From assembly GCA_045565635.1 (NCBI GenBank), contig JBJLEY010000019.1:4280-68279 (forward strand): a DNA stretch of 64,000 nt. Direction: 5' to 3'. The notes beneath the pieces were generated by a model. The model saw only the letters and a list, made by a program, of their open reading frames with translations, did not search any database and had not been told where the DNA came from. Numbering within the stretch: the stretch's first letter is position 1; each line of letters begins with the position of its first letter. Below, piece by piece: positions 9,223-20,169 of the stretch. The DNA comes from Coraliomargaritaceae bacterium (GTDB lineage: Bacteria > Verrucomicrobiota > Verrucomicrobiia > Opitutales > Coraliomargaritaceae). A program made the position numbers and the translations under genes.

Positions 9223-10569
9223 TTAAACAGTAAGCGATTTAAGCAATTCACTTAATCGACTTTTATCTTGTTTCCCATTTTCTAAAATTGGCAACTCTTT
9301 GACTAAGACATAAGCTTTGGGACGTTTATAGGCAGCTAAATCATTCTTCATAGACTCCTTTACTGAATCAATAAGTGCTTTTTGGCTTATATTACTATTA
9401 TGTAGAAGAATTGCGACAACTGCTTGACCCCATTCTTTTGAATCTTTGCCAATAACTAAGGCTGATTCCACATGCCCTGAAGCTACAAGGCTGCCTTCAA
9501 TTTCTTTGGGATTAATTTTTTCTCCCCCGCTAATGATCCAATTGTCCACCCTTCCTTCAATCACCAAGTCTCCGTCATTAAAAAGCTGCCCGTAATCATT
9601 TGAAGAAAATCCTTCCGCCCTATCATAAGCGACCTCTCCTCTCCAATAGCCGTAAAAAAGACTTTTTGAATGTAAATGAATTATATTAAACCCATCTTTA
9701 GGTTTAAGTTCTAATTTCACGTTTAACAATGGCTTACCTGAAGAAATTTTTCCGGATAAAAATTCTTCTTTGCTTTGTGCGCAGACCATGCCTGCCGTTT
9801 CAGTCATTCCATAGGATAAAGTAATGGGCAATCCATAATCTTTCGCCTTCATCAATAGGCTCTCATTAGCTGCGGCGCCCCCTATAAAAATTGCTTTAAG
9901 TTCGCACATTTTTTCAAAAATACGGACTTTCGCAAGCATACGCTCTAATTGAGTCGGCACTAAGGATAAGCAATAATCTTCTACGGCTATAGTTTGAGTT
10001 GCCGCTTCTAAATCATCTAACTGGCAGAATAATATTTGCCCTTGTGTGGCAATCGCACGAATGACTTGCATCAGTCCACTGACATGAAATAAAGGCAAAC
10101 AACAAATAGAATTAAGCGCTTTTACTCCTAAGAAAGATTGAACCATTAAACTCTGGGCCTCTAAGGACTCCCAGCGATGAATAGCAAAACGTAAGGTATT
10201 TTGACTAGTACCACCTGTAGGAATTAAAATAATACCTTGATCCTTTTCTTGAAAAACCGATTGATTTTTCTGAGAAACTTCACCGGCTCCAAAAATGACT
10301 GCTGGAGAAAATTGTCGGTAAAAGGATGCCCACTCAGTATACCCCCAATGGTAATTCCCTATAATGACAGGAACATTACGATCCATTGCAGCCAGTAATG
10401 TCGCGACAAATCTGAGAGAATCTTTTTCTATAATTAAGACCCCTTGGGACATTGCATCTTCAAGCTTTGCATCAATCTTATCTCCACAGCTACTTACTAA
10501 ATCCCAAAATATCTGAGACTTCACAGTAACGATTAAATCTCGCTGAACTTGCTCTAATTTAAAAGACAT
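9223..10569 (-). CDS. menE: o-Succinylbenzoate-CoA ligase-like adenylate-forming enzyme
   Basis: ANL-family blocks are present: SYGMTET, DGDLVIEGRVDNWIISGGEKINPKEIE and a C-terminal YKRPK. The first P-loop-like motif is degenerate (PTGGTSQ). The start overlaps the stop of the upstream menC by 11 nt. Confidence 0.65.
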   Translation of the reverse strand: MSFKLEQVQRDLIVTVKSQIFWDLVSSCGDKIDAKLEDAMSQGVLIIEKDSLRFVATLLAAMDRNVPVIIGNYHWGYTEWASFYRQFSPAVIFGAGEVSQKNQSVFQEKDQGIILIPTGGTSQNTLRFAIHRWESLEAQSLMVQSFLGVKALNSICCLPLFHVSGLMQVIRAIATQGQILFCQLDDLEAATQTIAVEDYCLSLVPTQLERMLAKVRIFEKMCELKAIFIGGAAANESLLMKAKDYGLPITLSYGMTETAGMVCAQSKEEFLSGKISSGKPLLNVKLELKPKDGFNIIHLHSKSLFYGYWRGEVAYDRAEGFSSNDYGQLFNDGDLVIEGRVDNWIISGGEKINPKEIEGSLVASGHVESALVIGKDSKEWGQAVVAILLHNSNISQKALIDSVKESMKNDLAAYKRPKAYVLVKELPILENGKQDKSRLSELLKSLTV

Positions 10570-11593
10570 TAGCGATAATAGATTTAGCTTGTTGCTTTAT
10601 TTGAAAGAGAGAAATCAAAGGACTTGTTTGAGTCGAACTATAATCATCGAAAAACGCAGACTGGGTATCGAAGCCTAAGGCGAAGTGGTTGCCTTCGATC
10701 GATGAAGCTAATTCTAAGCAATTTGCTAGGCCAATGCTTGTTTCAAATGAGGAAGATAATATACACCGAGCCCCTAGCTTCGGTAAGCAATCCTTCATTA
10801 AATTAAAGTTTCCTTGAGTAGTAGGTTTAATGACAAAAAGCCCTGTCCAGTCATCTTGATATAGCCACTGGATTCCACTAGGACCATTTAATGATTCATC
10901 TAAAGCTATTGGTATCTTATATTTAGTCGTCAATGCTGCCATTTCAGATTCTCTTCCTATTGGCATTGGTTGTTCGAAAAATTCAATCTGAGAACGATAT
11001 TTTTGTGTATATTGCATCCATTTTTCTAAAGTATCTTCACCCATACTTGCATTTGCATCTAAACGAAATTGAACCTTTGGATCACAAGCTTCAATCAACT
11101 CATCGAAAATTTGTGCCTCTTCTTCAAATGAATCTACCCCTATTTTCCATTTAAATGTTTTGAATCCTAATGCGACTTTCGAGGCTAGTACTGCTTTTGA
11201 GTTAGCCCCACTAGGGAGTAAACCAGCGACAGAAAATACTCTATCCACTTCAGTTTGCACAGTTTCCTTAGTTTGATTAGCTTGATTAATTTGAGCTATA
11301 GCTGAACTGAATGCGAAGGTTGTGCACGGAAGATTCTCAGGTATTTTCAACTTTCCCATATCTATATCCATATCTATATCTATTGATCCTTCGAGGGAAT
11401 CAATGTACTTTCTAGCTTCATCAAGAGTCTCAGTTTGAAAAAAAGGTACAGGCGCAATTTCTCCGAAGCCAATGCCCTTTTCGCACTCTAGCTTAATTAA
11501 TATCCCCTCTCTTTCCTTCCAAACTCCATGCCCGGTCTTCAATGGATTGATGAACCCACGGGTATAAAAATGCGTTGAAATTAAAAATTTCAT
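10559..11593 (-). CDS. menC: o-Succinylbenzoate synthase (enolase superfamily)
   Basis: 344-aa ORF of enolase-superfamily size and layout (KWKIG.., RLDAN.., ALDES..). It is translationally coupled to the menE-like gene. Confidence 0.65.
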   Translation of the reverse strand: MKFLISTHFYTRGFINPLKTGHGVWKEREGILIKLECEKGIGFGEIAPVPFFQTETLDEARKYIDSLEGSIDIDMDIDMGKLKIPENLPCTTFAFSSAIAQINQANQTKETVQTEVDRVFSVAGLLPSGANSKAVLASKVALGFKTFKWKIGVDSFEEEAQIFDELIEACDPKVQFRLDANASMGEDTLEKWMQYTQKYRSQIEFFEQPMPIGRESEMAALTTKYKIPIALDESLNGPSGIQWLYQDDWTGLFVIKPTTQGNFNLMKDCLPKLGARCILSSSFETSIGLANCLELASSIEGNHFALGFDTQSAFFDDYSSTQTSPLISLFQIKQQAKSIIANVF

Positions 11594-11647
11594 AGTTCTA
11601 GTGTCGATTCTACTTGAGAAAACACAATCTTTTGTTGAATTTGAAGC

Positions 11648-13225
11648 ATGACAGGGAATAACAATGCCACTTCAAACAGTTTTTTTCAACCTGCTGACAC
11701 CTTTTTTCAGCAAGCTATTCCATTTGGGCTCACATTTGATGATCTCTCATTAGCTACACTTTATTCGGAAATTCTCCCTCGAGAAACAAATCTCTCCACC
11801 AAAATCTCTGATTCGCTTGAATTGCAAATTCCAATCATCTCATCTGATATGGATACAGTAACCGAATCTAAGATGGCCATACAAATGGCACTCAATGGAG
11901 GAATGGGTATATTGCATTATAATATGTCTGATGAAAAACAGATTAAAGAAGTTGCTCGTGTCAAAAACCATATTCACGGATATATACAAGACCCGATTAC
12001 TGTAAGCCCCGACCAAACCATTGGTTCAGTTTTGGAACTCATAAAAAAACACAACTACGGCTTCAGTACTTTTCCTGTTGTAAATGACTCTAACACCCTG
12101 ATTGGATTACTTCCAGGTAGAGCAGTTAAAATCCGCTATTCAGAGAAATTAGTCTTTGATGCCATGTCTCCAAGAGAATCCATTTACACATTGAGTGAGA
12201 AGGAAATCAAAAATGACCCGATTAAAACTGCTGACCAATTTTTTACAAATCACCTTGGGATCCACAAGCTACTCGTGGTTAACGAACAAGATGAATTGCG
12301 AGGCCTATTCACCTTATCCGATATCGAACGAATAGAGAGTGAATCGAACCAAGAGGTTAAGCCAGCACGAGATAATGATTTTCAATTAATCTGTGGGGCC
12401 TCCATTGCCCCACATCGTAAAGCCGATGGTACAATAGACGAAGATCGGATCGTAAATCATATCGGCAAACTTGTAGATGAAAAAATTGACGCAATTGCCA
12501 TTTCCACAGCACATGGTTTTTCAAAATCTATTGGCGAAATCGTCCAATTATTAAGAAGCCAATTTCCAAGTCTTAGTTTAATTGCCGGTAATGTCACCTC
12601 ATCGGAAGGCGTGGAATTTCTAGCCAATGCAGGAGCGAATGCAATTAAGGTTGGACAAGGTCCTGGATCAATTTGTACAACAAGAGTCGTTGCCGGTGTA
12701 GGTATTCCTCAAATGACTGCACTCCATTCCGCATCGCAAGTAGCGGCTAAAAAGAATGTCAGCATCTTAGCCGATGGTGGTATCAGTAAATCTGGCGATA
12801 TAGTAAAAGCACTCACTCTTTCCAATGCCGTTATCTGCGGAAGTCTCTTAGCAGGCTGTAACGAAGCTCCTGGACGCATTATAGAAATTGATGGCAAACT
12901 GTATAAGCAATATCGAGGAATGGGAAGTCATGAAGCGATGAAAGACGGTTCCGCTTCACGATATGGGCACAATAAAAAAGATGTCCAATTAAAAGCTGCT
13001 GCTGAAGGCATCGAAGCTCTCAAAGAATCCTCTGGTTCCCTCTCCCGTGTTCTCAATGAACTCATTGGAGGAATACAATCAGGCATGGGCTACCTTGGTG
13101 CTTCAAACTTAGAATCTTTACGAAAGAATGCAAGGTACATAAGAGTTACCCAAGCCGGGCAAAAAGAGGCATCTCCACATGATGTCATCACGGTAAAAAC
13201 AAGCAATTCTGACACACAAAAATAA
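11648..13225 (+). CDS. guaB: IMP dehydrogenase with CBS pair
   Basis: The catalytic loop is [21 protein letters not shown], and GGISKSGD and YRGMGS are present. A CBS-type insertion spans roughly residues 120-235. Length is 525 aa. Confidence 0.9.
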   Translation: MTGNNNATSNSFFQPADTFFQQAIPFGLTFDDLSLATLYSEILPRETNLSTKISDSLELQIPIISSDMDTVTESKMAIQMALNGGMGILHYNMSDEKQIKEVARVKNHIHGYIQDPITVSPDQTIGSVLELIKKHNYGFSTFPVVNDSNTLIGLLPGRAVKIRYSEKLVFDAMSPRESIYTLSEKEIKNDPIKTADQFFTNHLGIHKLLVVNEQDELRGLFTLSDIERIESESNQEVKPARDNDFQLICGASIAPHRKADGTIDEDRIVNHIGKLVDEKIDAIAISTAHGFSKSIGEIVQLLRSQFPSLSLIAGNVTSSEGVEFLANAGANAIKVGQGPGSICTTRVVAGVGIPQMTALHSASQVAAKKNVSILADGGISKSGDIVKALTLSNAVICGSLLAGCNEAPGRIIEIDGKLYKQYRGMGSHEAMKDGSASRYGHNKKDVQLKAAAEGIEALKESSGSLSRVLNELIGGIQSGMGYLGASNLESLRKNARYIRVTQAGQKEASPHDVITVKTSNSDTQK

Positions 13226-13231
13226 TATTCC

Positions 13232-14785
13232 ATGCTCACTCCTTTTTCCTCCCAATTTATTACGGATACAGGTATTTCAACAGGTGACGAAGGCAAGGGC
13301 CGAGTCATTCTTGAAATCATCAACGAACTCAGAGACCAACATAAGGACGAGCACATTGTAGCGTCTGTAATGAAAGTCAACGGAGGCTCAAACTCCGGCC
13401 ATACTGTGGCTGGCTTGAAGCTCAATCTCTTACCAGGAGGAGTTGCCGACCCTCTCGTCCCTCATTTAATTATTGGCTCCGGTGTGGTTGCCGATCCAAG
13501 AAAATTTTTGTGGGAAAGTATTTATGCCGAATCCCATGGTCATGCGGTATTGTCTCGTCTCGTAATTGACAATCGTTGCCAAGTATCAGATTTGACCCAC
13601 CGCCTACTCGACCTTGCCTGGGAAGACTTTCGATTCGCCCAAATGCACCAAGCTCCAAGAGGCTCAACCGGCCGAGGTATCACCCCTGCCTACTTAGATG
13701 AAGTCGGCCAATTTCAAATATATTATGCTGATTTCTTGGGACCTAAAGATGAATTCTTTGAAAAGATTTCATGGCGTGCTGAGCGAACTATGCGAACGAT
13801 TCAACACGTTTGCCGAGTGAATGAAACAACCTGGTTTGATTTTTTTAAACGTTTAAGTGAAGCAGAAACCAAAGCTCATAAAGGGCTAATTGAGTCAGGA
13901 AAACTCTCCGAATCTGATTTTGATTTCGCTCAATTCATACCTAAAGATAAGACTCCTTTCACCCTCGATACAAAAAAGCTAGCCCAGACCTACTGGGACG
14001 CAGGGCAACAATTACAAAAGACGATATCTGATGTTCGTGAACTAATTTTAAAAGCAAAAGATGAAGGCAAATTCGTCATTGGTGAATTTGGCCAAGCTTA
14101 TTGGCTCGATAAACGTCACGGGTTTGCTCCAAATGTCACCGCTTCTCATACCTTTACTCCAGAATTTTTTCAATCGGCCGGTATACCTGCCCAACCCGTT
14201 CACAATATCGGATGTTGTAAAGCATATGACACAAAAGTTGGCACCCATGTCTTTATTACTGAGATCGAAGACGGACACCCTCTCAGCGACAAGCTTAAGC
14301 AATTAGAATTTGGAGCGACTACAGGACGACAAAGAATGGTCGGTTGGTACGATGCTGTAGAAAAAGGAGACGCCTTACGTTATGGCGGCTACGAAGATCT
14401 TGCACTCAATAAACTTGATGCACTTTCCTATTCTGGGAATTGGAACGGTGATCTCCAAATTTGCATCGCTTACCAAGATTCCGAAGGCAAAGTCTATCAC
14501 CATGTGCCAAGAAATGACAGTGTCCGAAAAACCTTGTCTCCTGTTTATAAAATACTTCCTGGCTGGGCAGAAGATATTTCCAATGTTCGTCATTTTGAAG
14601 ACCTTCCGAAAAATGCAAAAAATTATTTAGCCTGGATGCTTAAGTCACTGACGGATGTTGCGAATTATGGCGATAGCAATAAATCACTCTTCCCAAATCT
14701 ACGCTATATTGGTGTCGGCCCAGAACCAAACCAAATCATCAAAGACGCCCCCGACGTTTTAGAATTAATTCAGAGCGCTAATTAA
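13232..14785 (+). CDS. purA: Divergent, unusually long adenylosuccinate synthetase-like protein
   Basis: PurA blocks are recognisable but diverged: GDEGKGR (P-loop), [10 protein letters not shown] (GGxNAGHT), [39 protein letters not shown] and [16 protein letters not shown]. Length is 517 aa, against about 430 aa for typical bacterial PurA. Confidence 0.7.
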   Translation: MLTPFSSQFITDTGISTGDEGKGRVILEIINELRDQHKDEHIVASVMKVNGGSNSGHTVAGLKLNLLPGGVADPLVPHLIIGSGVVADPRKFLWESIYAESHGHAVLSRLVIDNRCQVSDLTHRLLDLAWEDFRFAQMHQAPRGSTGRGITPAYLDEVGQFQIYYADFLGPKDEFFEKISWRAERTMRTIQHVCRVNETTWFDFFKRLSEAETKAHKGLIESGKLSESDFDFAQFIPKDKTPFTLDTKKLAQTYWDAGQQLQKTISDVRELILKAKDEGKFVIGEFGQAYWLDKRHGFAPNVTASHTFTPEFFQSAGIPAQPVHNIGCCKAYDTKVGTHVFITEIEDGHPLSDKLKQLEFGATTGRQRMVGWYDAVEKGDALRYGGYEDLALNKLDALSYSGNWNGDLQICIAYQDSEGKVYHHVPRNDSVRKTLSPVYKILPGWAEDISNVRHFEDLPKNAKNYLAWMLKSLTDVANYGDSNKSLFPNLRYIGVGPEPNQIIKDAPDVLELIQSAN

Positions 14786-14890
14786 GCACTCCCTCAAAGA
14801 GATATTCTCAGAAAACAGTCTTTGCATGAGTTTGATTTTTTAATTTGGCCGATTGGTAAAATTTAATTATTTTAAAATATTAAATTTTTA

Positions 14891-15808
14891 ATGTCTTTTA
14901 AGCCTAGTTCTTCGGTCGAAACGTTTGTGCTATTTTATAACTCAAAGTTAATTCTAATTCTAGGCCTAGTAACATTGTCATACCCTTTAAATGCCTAGAT
15001 AACTCGAGAACAATTCCTGAGTGTATTAACACATGCTCTTGAAAATACTTGGGATTTTGAAACTGATCGGATTGATGTTGAAATTAAGAAAGTTGAACTA
15101 GATAGCTCGAAAAGAATACATTAACAAAAGAATTGTCACTACGCTTAGACTATCCCGAATTCATATATCAAGATATTCTTCCAGAACTCCAAATAAGTTT
15201 TGATCCCGTTACAAATTTAAGCGAATATCTTATGCAGAATAACCGTGCATTAAAGGAAATAGATATCGATATAAAATTAAAAAAAATAGATACCGCACAC
15301 TTTAAGAATCAGCTAAACCAGATTTTGATCTACACCTCCAAGCTTCATATAAAACGGAAAAAGGAAATACCATAAGCACCGAATTTAATGAAAATCGCAA
15401 TGATTATGGCATAGCCATAGAATTCAAATTACCCATAATTGGGCAACAAAGTAGCGAAACTTCTTTAGCTGTTGCTCTATTGAATCTACAAAAAATAAAT
15501 CATAAATATAATCGTAAGAAACAAGATTTAATGGCTGAAATTAAATCGATAGAACAATCACTTGTGGAAGCAAAGAAAAACATAGCTTCCTACCCTCAAT
15601 TCATCCTCAGTTCTATTAAATCCGAGAGCAAGAGGCCCAAAACTATCAACTTAAAAAAGCCTCGATAATTGACTACATTCAAGCAATAGAAAATGAATTT
15701 GATGCGTATAACAGCCAACTTAAGGCGAAAATTCAATTTCAAGAAGAATTTCTTGAGTATGAGGATCTTCTCGACCGATTAATTGCCGAAAATAATCAAA
15801 TTCCCTGA
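14891..15808 (+). pseudogene. Decayed outer-membrane efflux protein (TolC/OEP-like) remnant
   Basis: A signal-like start (MSFKPSSSVETFVLFYNSKLILILGLVTLSYPLNA) runs into an in-frame TAG. Coiled-coil and OEP-like segments follow (TREQFLSVLTHALEN.., NDYGIAIEFKLPIIGQQSSETSLAVALLNLQK.., IDYIQAIENEFDAYNSQLKAKIQ..). They are scattered over frames 2, 1, 3 and 2, with an in-frame TAA at about 15122. The total span of about 305 codons is shorter than an intact OEP. Confidence 0.4.
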
Positions 15809-16215
15809 AGTGAAATTACAATATTTCGCCTATGAGAAATCGCCCGATGTTCCCAAAGAAACACCCCCTGCCAAGTGCCCAAGGCTAATCGCCCATTGAC
15901 AATCGGGATCGACTCACTGGTACGAGTCAGGGCCATTTTGATATGACTAGGCATGTCATCCACACCTTCATAAATATGAGTGAAATTTGGATCATTTTCG
16001 GGAACAAGCCGACATATAAAATTTTCCAAATCTCTTGAGGCAGAGGGATCAGCATTTTCCATGATAACCAAACTACAGCTTGTATGCTGACAAAAGACCG
16101 TTGCCAATCCTTCGTTAATCTCACTAGATATTAAAATAGTTTTTACCTCTTGGGTAATTTCTTTCAGCTGATACGCTTTCGATTCTATGGCAATTGTTCT
16201 ATTAATACATTTCAT
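15796..16215 (-). CDS. yjbQ: YjbQ/UPF0047 family protein (secondary thiamine-phosphate synthase-like)
   Basis: The 139-aa ORF carries the blocks HTSCSLVIMENADP, DMPSHIKMAL and GTWQGVFLWEHR, which are characteristic of YjbQ. Confidence 0.8.
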   Translation of the reverse strand: MKCINRTIAIESKAYQLKEITQEVKTILISSEINEGLATVFCQHTSCSLVIMENADPSASRDLENFICRLVPENDPNFTHIYEGVDDMPSHIKMALTRTSESIPIVNGRLALGTWQGVFLWEHRAISHRRNIVISLQGI

Positions 16216-16232
16216 ACTAAATTTTCTCTTTT

Positions 16233-16928
16233 ATGCATTTAATTCAATTTTCACTGATTTCAACAATAAGCCTACTTCTAGTTCACTTTCCTTTAGAGGC
16301 AATACAAACGCAAATAATTACTTGGGATAAAACCGAAGCAAGTATATTACTTCAACCTCATGAAGCGTATTCGAAAGTGACTTTTCGCACTTACAATCAT
16401 GGTGATGCTCCTGTTCGAATTAATCATGCTAATTCCGAGTCTAACGCAATCAAAACACTCATTAAAAAAAGGGTTATTGAATCAGGAGAATCTGCCACTG
16501 TTGAAGTAAGCTTTTTCTCTGAGGGGAAAGATGCTGGCGTATACCATAATAAAGTGAATGTGTTTTTTGAAGGGCATAAAGATCCCTTAGCAACTCTACA
16601 CTTCGTTGTAACAATTCCTGAATTAATTAAATGCTCTCCAAATGTAATTACATGGGAATACGATAATCGGAATGATGCTTTTATGGTTGATCTTAAATTA
16701 AACGAAAATTTTATCACAAACCTTAGCTCTATTGATTACGACCAAAGCCTTTACCATGTATCACTTATCCCAGACAAATTAAGTGCTTATAATTATACTT
16801 TAAAAATAACACCTATCGCAGAGAATAGACCCTTTAACTCTTTAATCAAAATCAAAGCAAGTGGCCCACAATTAGCAGAAATAGAAGAGCCGATATTCCT
16901 GTTCAACAGCTACTCATTAAGCAAATAA
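16233..16928 (+). CDS. Hypothetical secreted protein (weak DUF1573-like beta-sandwich pattern, no CGC motif)
   Basis: 231-aa ORF with an N-terminal hydrophobic signal-like segment (LISTISLLLVHFPLEA). No confident family assignment. Confidence 0.45.
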   Translation: MHLIQFSLISTISLLLVHFPLEAIQTQIITWDKTEASILLQPHEAYSKVTFRTYNHGDAPVRINHANSESNAIKTLIKKRVIESGESATVEVSFFSEGKDAGVYHNKVNVFFEGHKDPLATLHFVVTIPELIKCSPNVITWEYDNRNDAFMVDLKLNENFITNLSSIDYDQSLYHVSLIPDKLSAYNYTLKITPIAENRPFNSLIKIKASGPQLAEIEEPIFLFNSYSLSK

Positions 16929-16948
16929 GTATCGAATTCTAAATCGAC

Positions 16949-18391
16949 TTATTCTATCTCGTATTCTGTAATCCGCTTTTTTAAAGTATTTACAGTCATG
17001 CCTAGAATCTTAGCCGCTTTAGACAGAACCCCTTTTGAGTCCACCATTGCTTCTTTAATTAATTCTGCTTCGACCCTTTTTAAGATACCTTGTTGGTCGC
17101 TTAAGTGACAAAGTCCATGATATAGAGCTTTGAAATCAACCGCTTGATTATCACTTTTTTCGACTGTAGAGGCTAACACATCGGTACAAGCAACTTGATT
17201 AATTTCTTCGGGAAGGTCCTTGGCTAAAATCGTATTGCCTTGAGCCAAGACTGCACTGCGATGTACGATATTTTCCAACTCTCTGACATTGCCTGGCCAA
17301 TTGTACTCAACTAATAAATCAAGCGCCTCTTTAGCAATTGTATCTGCGACAGCCCGATTTTTTTTGGTTAAATTTTGTAAAATGAAATTTATTAATAGAG
17401 GAATATCTTGCTTACGTTGCCTCAATGCCGGCATTAAAATACGCACCACGTTCAAACGATAATATAAATCTTCGCGGAATGTGTTTTTTTTCACCATTGC
17501 CTCAATTGACTTGTTCGTTGCAGCAAGAATCCTTACATCTACTTTGATTACCTCTGTCCCACCAACTCTTTGGATTTCACCCTCTTGAAGAGCCCGTAAA
17601 ATTTTAGTCTGAGCGGTTAATGGCATATCCCCTATCTCATCAAGGAAGATTGTGCCTCGATCACACTGCTCAAAGAAGCCTTTCCTTTGCTGACTCGCAC
17701 CAGTGAATGACCCTTTTTCGTGACCAAACAATTCACTTTCGATTAAATTTTCTGGGATAGCTGAACAATTAACTGCAACAAAATAATGACTCGCTCGTAA
17801 ACTATTTTTATGTATCGCTCGCGCGATCAATTCTTTACCGGTGCCACTCTCTCCCGTTATCAAAACCGTGACATCTGTTGGCGCTACCTGACCAATCATT
17901 TTATAAACATCCTGCATTGCTGCAGCATTGCCAATAATTCCAACTTTGAGATCTTCTTCTATAGTTGCATCTCGCTCTTTTTCTGACTGCCCTTCTTTAG
18001 ATGTTTCTGTAATCACGCTTGCAGCTGCATCGACAAGACTAAGTATCTTTGAAAGATCAAATGGCTTCATGATATAATCAAAGGCCCCAAATTTCATTGC
18101 TTCAATAGTGGTCTGGGTTGTGGTGAAGGCAGTCATGATTATAATTTTGGCTGCCGGACAAATACCCCTTAAATGCTGCAAGGCTTCAATCCCATTCATA
18201 CCTTTCATTCGGTTGTCCAAAAGAACAATATTAGGCATCTCTTTTTGGGCGACTTCAATGGCCTTTTCTCCGCTATCGGCTTCATATATATTAAACGACC
18301 GATTGGATAAGGCGCGTTTAAGGGAATAGCGAAGGGCATCCTCGTCATCCACGATTAGTATTTTTAACGAATGGCTTACTTCTTTACTCAC
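16949..18391 (-). CDS. Sigma-54-dependent response regulator (NtrC family): receiver + AAA+ + Fis-type HTH
   Basis: The receiver domain shows ILIVDDE...[11 protein letters not shown]...KPF. The AAA+ domain shows [15 protein letters not shown] and [15 protein letters not shown] (a GAFTGA variant). The C-terminal HTH is [18 protein letters not shown]. No adjacent histidine kinase. Confidence 0.9.
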   Translation of the reverse strand: MSKEVSHSLKILIVDDEDALRYSLKRALSNRSFNIYEADSGEKAIEVAQKEMPNIVLLDNRMKGMNGIEALQHLRGICPAAKIIIMTAFTTTQTTIEAMKFGAFDYIMKPFDLSKILSLVDAAASVITETSKEGQSEKERDATIEEDLKVGIIGNAAAMQDVYKMIGQVAPTDVTVLITGESGTGKELIARAIHKNSLRASHYFVAVNCSAIPENLIESELFGHEKGSFTGASQQRKGFFEQCDRGTIFLDEIGDMPLTAQTKILRALQEGEIQRVGGTEVIKVDVRILAATNKSIEAMVKKNTFREDLYYRLNVVRILMPALRQRKQDIPLLINFILQNLTKKNRAVADTIAKEALDLLVEYNWPGNVRELENIVHRSAVLAQGNTILAKDLPEEINQVACTDVLASTVEKSDNQAVDFKALYHGLCHLSDQQGILKRVEAELIKEAMVDSKGVLSKAAKILGMTVNTLKKRITEYEIE

Positions 18392-18437
18392 TACATCACA
18401 AAAGAACAGCGAAAGAAAAAAAGCAAGAATCTAAAAG

Positions 18438-18992
18438 TTAGAATAGGCTAAAATGTTTGCGGTAACGCTTCCACAAATAAACAAAAGACCAAGCGAAATC
18501 TCTTGGGTTTTCTTCAACCCATATATCTAATTTCTCTGGATCAATCCAAATTCCATCTGTGACTTCGTTCACATCTAGCTTAAACTCACCATCGTAATTA
18601 GCCACAAATAGATGCACATGCTCATAACCCGTCTCAGGGCGAGCTTGCTCAATCATTGCCAATTCTATATCTTTTGAATAATACATTCCGATTTCTTCAC
18701 CTAGTTCCCTAACTGCCGCATCGAAATAATATTCACCTGAATCCACATGCCCTGAACAAGAACTCACCCATTTTCCTGGCGCACTATCCTTATTCATAGA
18801 TCTTTTTTGAAGAAATACATTTCCGAAGCTATTGAAGACAAACACGTGCACTGCGCGATGAAATAACTTGTTGGCATGAATGTAATGCCTTGGGGCCAAG
18901 CCTACTACTCGGTCAAAAATATCAACAACATCGAAATATTCCGTTGTGTTTACTTTGGAAGTAGCTGGGTAAGAGACTGTATCATTATTCAT
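18438..18992 (-). CDS. NUDIX hydrolase, Idi-like subfamily
   Basis: The Nudix box is GHVDSGEYYFDAAVRELGEEIG. The upstream block LFHRAVHVFVFN...KRSMNKDSAPGKWVSSCSGH parallels type-1 IPP isomerase-like Nudix proteins, but the Cys is shifted by one position. Confidence 0.75.
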   Translation of the reverse strand: MNNDTVSYPATSKVNTTEYFDVVDIFDRVVGLAPRHYIHANKLFHRAVHVFVFNSFGNVFLQKRSMNKDSAPGKWVSSCSGHVDSGEYYFDAAVRELGEEIGMYYSKDIELAMIEQARPETGYEHVHLFVANYDGEFKLDVNEVTDGIWIDPEKLDIWVEENPRDFAWSFVYLWKRYRKHFSLF

Positions 18993-19051
18993 GTAAATTA
19001 AATATTATGAATAATCGTTGAATTTAATTAAACCTTACAAAAATAAATTAA

Positions 19052-20035
19052 TTAACGGATTAGAGCATTAAAATCATCTACACTTCCGCTAAATCCCCCC
19101 GGAACACCCTTATGTATAACAGCAATTGCATCATGGGAATGGAGTGATTCTAAATGAGCACAGGCCACTTGAAAATCTTTTATACGTTTATCTGCATTTA
19201 ATTGAGCAAACAATAGTCGTGCTGCGTCTTCAACAAACTTTGGGTAAGCGCCATTGAGCTCTGCAAATGCCTGCTCGTCTTCACGCTTTACCATCACTTG
19301 AGTTTCTGTTTTGAGCGCGTTTAGAGCTATGGATTGCAAGTCTTCAACAAATAGGTGTGCGGCTGGGTCAAGCTCTACGCTAATTCTAGCAGTGCTCCTC
19401 TGGGAATGCGGAATTGAGTAGATCTGCCTAACCTCTCTTGCATGTTCTGCTAAGTCGGAGGAACAAGGGCAAGCAGAAGAGTAAATGAAATCAAAATGCA
19501 TTCGTTTATGAAAAACATCCTGTTCGTCTAAAATACCCTCATATGTTACTTTATAATACTGCCATCCAGATAAATCACTTCTCAAGCTACTTTGCATGAT
19601 TGGATAATTGAAATCCAAACGGATTTCTGCCCGATAAGTATTCAAGGTTACTTTGTAATTTTGCAAAACCTCCTTGAGTAAATCTAAGGTAAAGACTCGA
19701 TCCTGAAATTCATAAAAGACACGCATGATTCTAGACATATTGATTCCCTTTTGACCTGCTTCGAGTGAAACATTTCCGGTAACCGATGTTTCCAGCTGGA
19801 TGGTATCTGAATTTTGTACAATAAATTTTAAAGGTAATTTAAAATTAGAAATTCCAACCTTCAAAATTGGCACATTAGAGCCAGTAATGTGGCGATCGTT
19901 AGCATTTTGAACATCGGGTAATGATTCCCGATACTCATTGGATACAACAAAGGATTCATCGTAATCACGAGTTAAATGATTCTTATCGACACTTTTAGAA
20001 AGATTTTCCGCACAATTTTTATTAGAGTTAGCCAT
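19052..20035 (-). CDS. folE2: GTP cyclohydrolase I type 2 (FolE2/MptA family)
   Basis: The blocks [12 protein letters not shown] and [14 protein letters not shown] match the FolE2 KG(T/I)xMSR and (S)LCPCS motifs. Length is 327 aa. Confidence 0.75.
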   Translation of the reverse strand: MANSNKNCAENLSKSVDKNHLTRDYDESFVVSNEYRESLPDVQNANDRHITGSNVPILKVGISNFKLPLKFIVQNSDTIQLETSVTGNVSLEAGQKGINMSRIMRVFYEFQDRVFTLDLLKEVLQNYKVTLNTYRAEIRLDFNYPIMQSSLRSDLSGWQYYKVTYEGILDEQDVFHKRMHFDFIYSSACPCSSDLAEHAREVRQIYSIPHSQRSTARISVELDPAAHLFVEDLQSIALNALKTETQVMVKREDEQAFAELNGAYPKFVEDAARLLFAQLNADKRIKDFQVACAHLESLHSHDAIAVIHKGVPGGFSGSVDDFNALIR

Positions 20036-20169
20036 TAGAGAAAATAACGAATGAGTAATAGTAAGCTTACATTATAAATATAGCAAGAATTCCTGAAAAT
20101 AAATAAAATACAAATAAGGTCTGAAAATTGCTTTGATCAAGTAACAAATCTAAGCTAGATAAGGAAACA

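Noticed and set aside
11357-11380. An exact 12-nt tandem duplication CATATCTATATC x2 inside menC, encoding DIDM-DIDM.
   Set aside because: It is in frame, tiny, and located in a surface-loop-like region. It is most simply a neutral slippage duplication, not a repeat element.
14786-15130. The AT-rich non-coding stretches (14786-15130 and 28332-28516), scanned for CRISPR-like repeat-spacer structure or ncRNA genes.
   Set aside because: There are no regularly spaced repeats of CRISPR size and no GC-rich helical segments suggestive of structured RNAs. The first stretch is explained by the TolC-like relic. The second is explained by the 5' end of the PEP-CTERM pseudogene plus the thrH upstream region.
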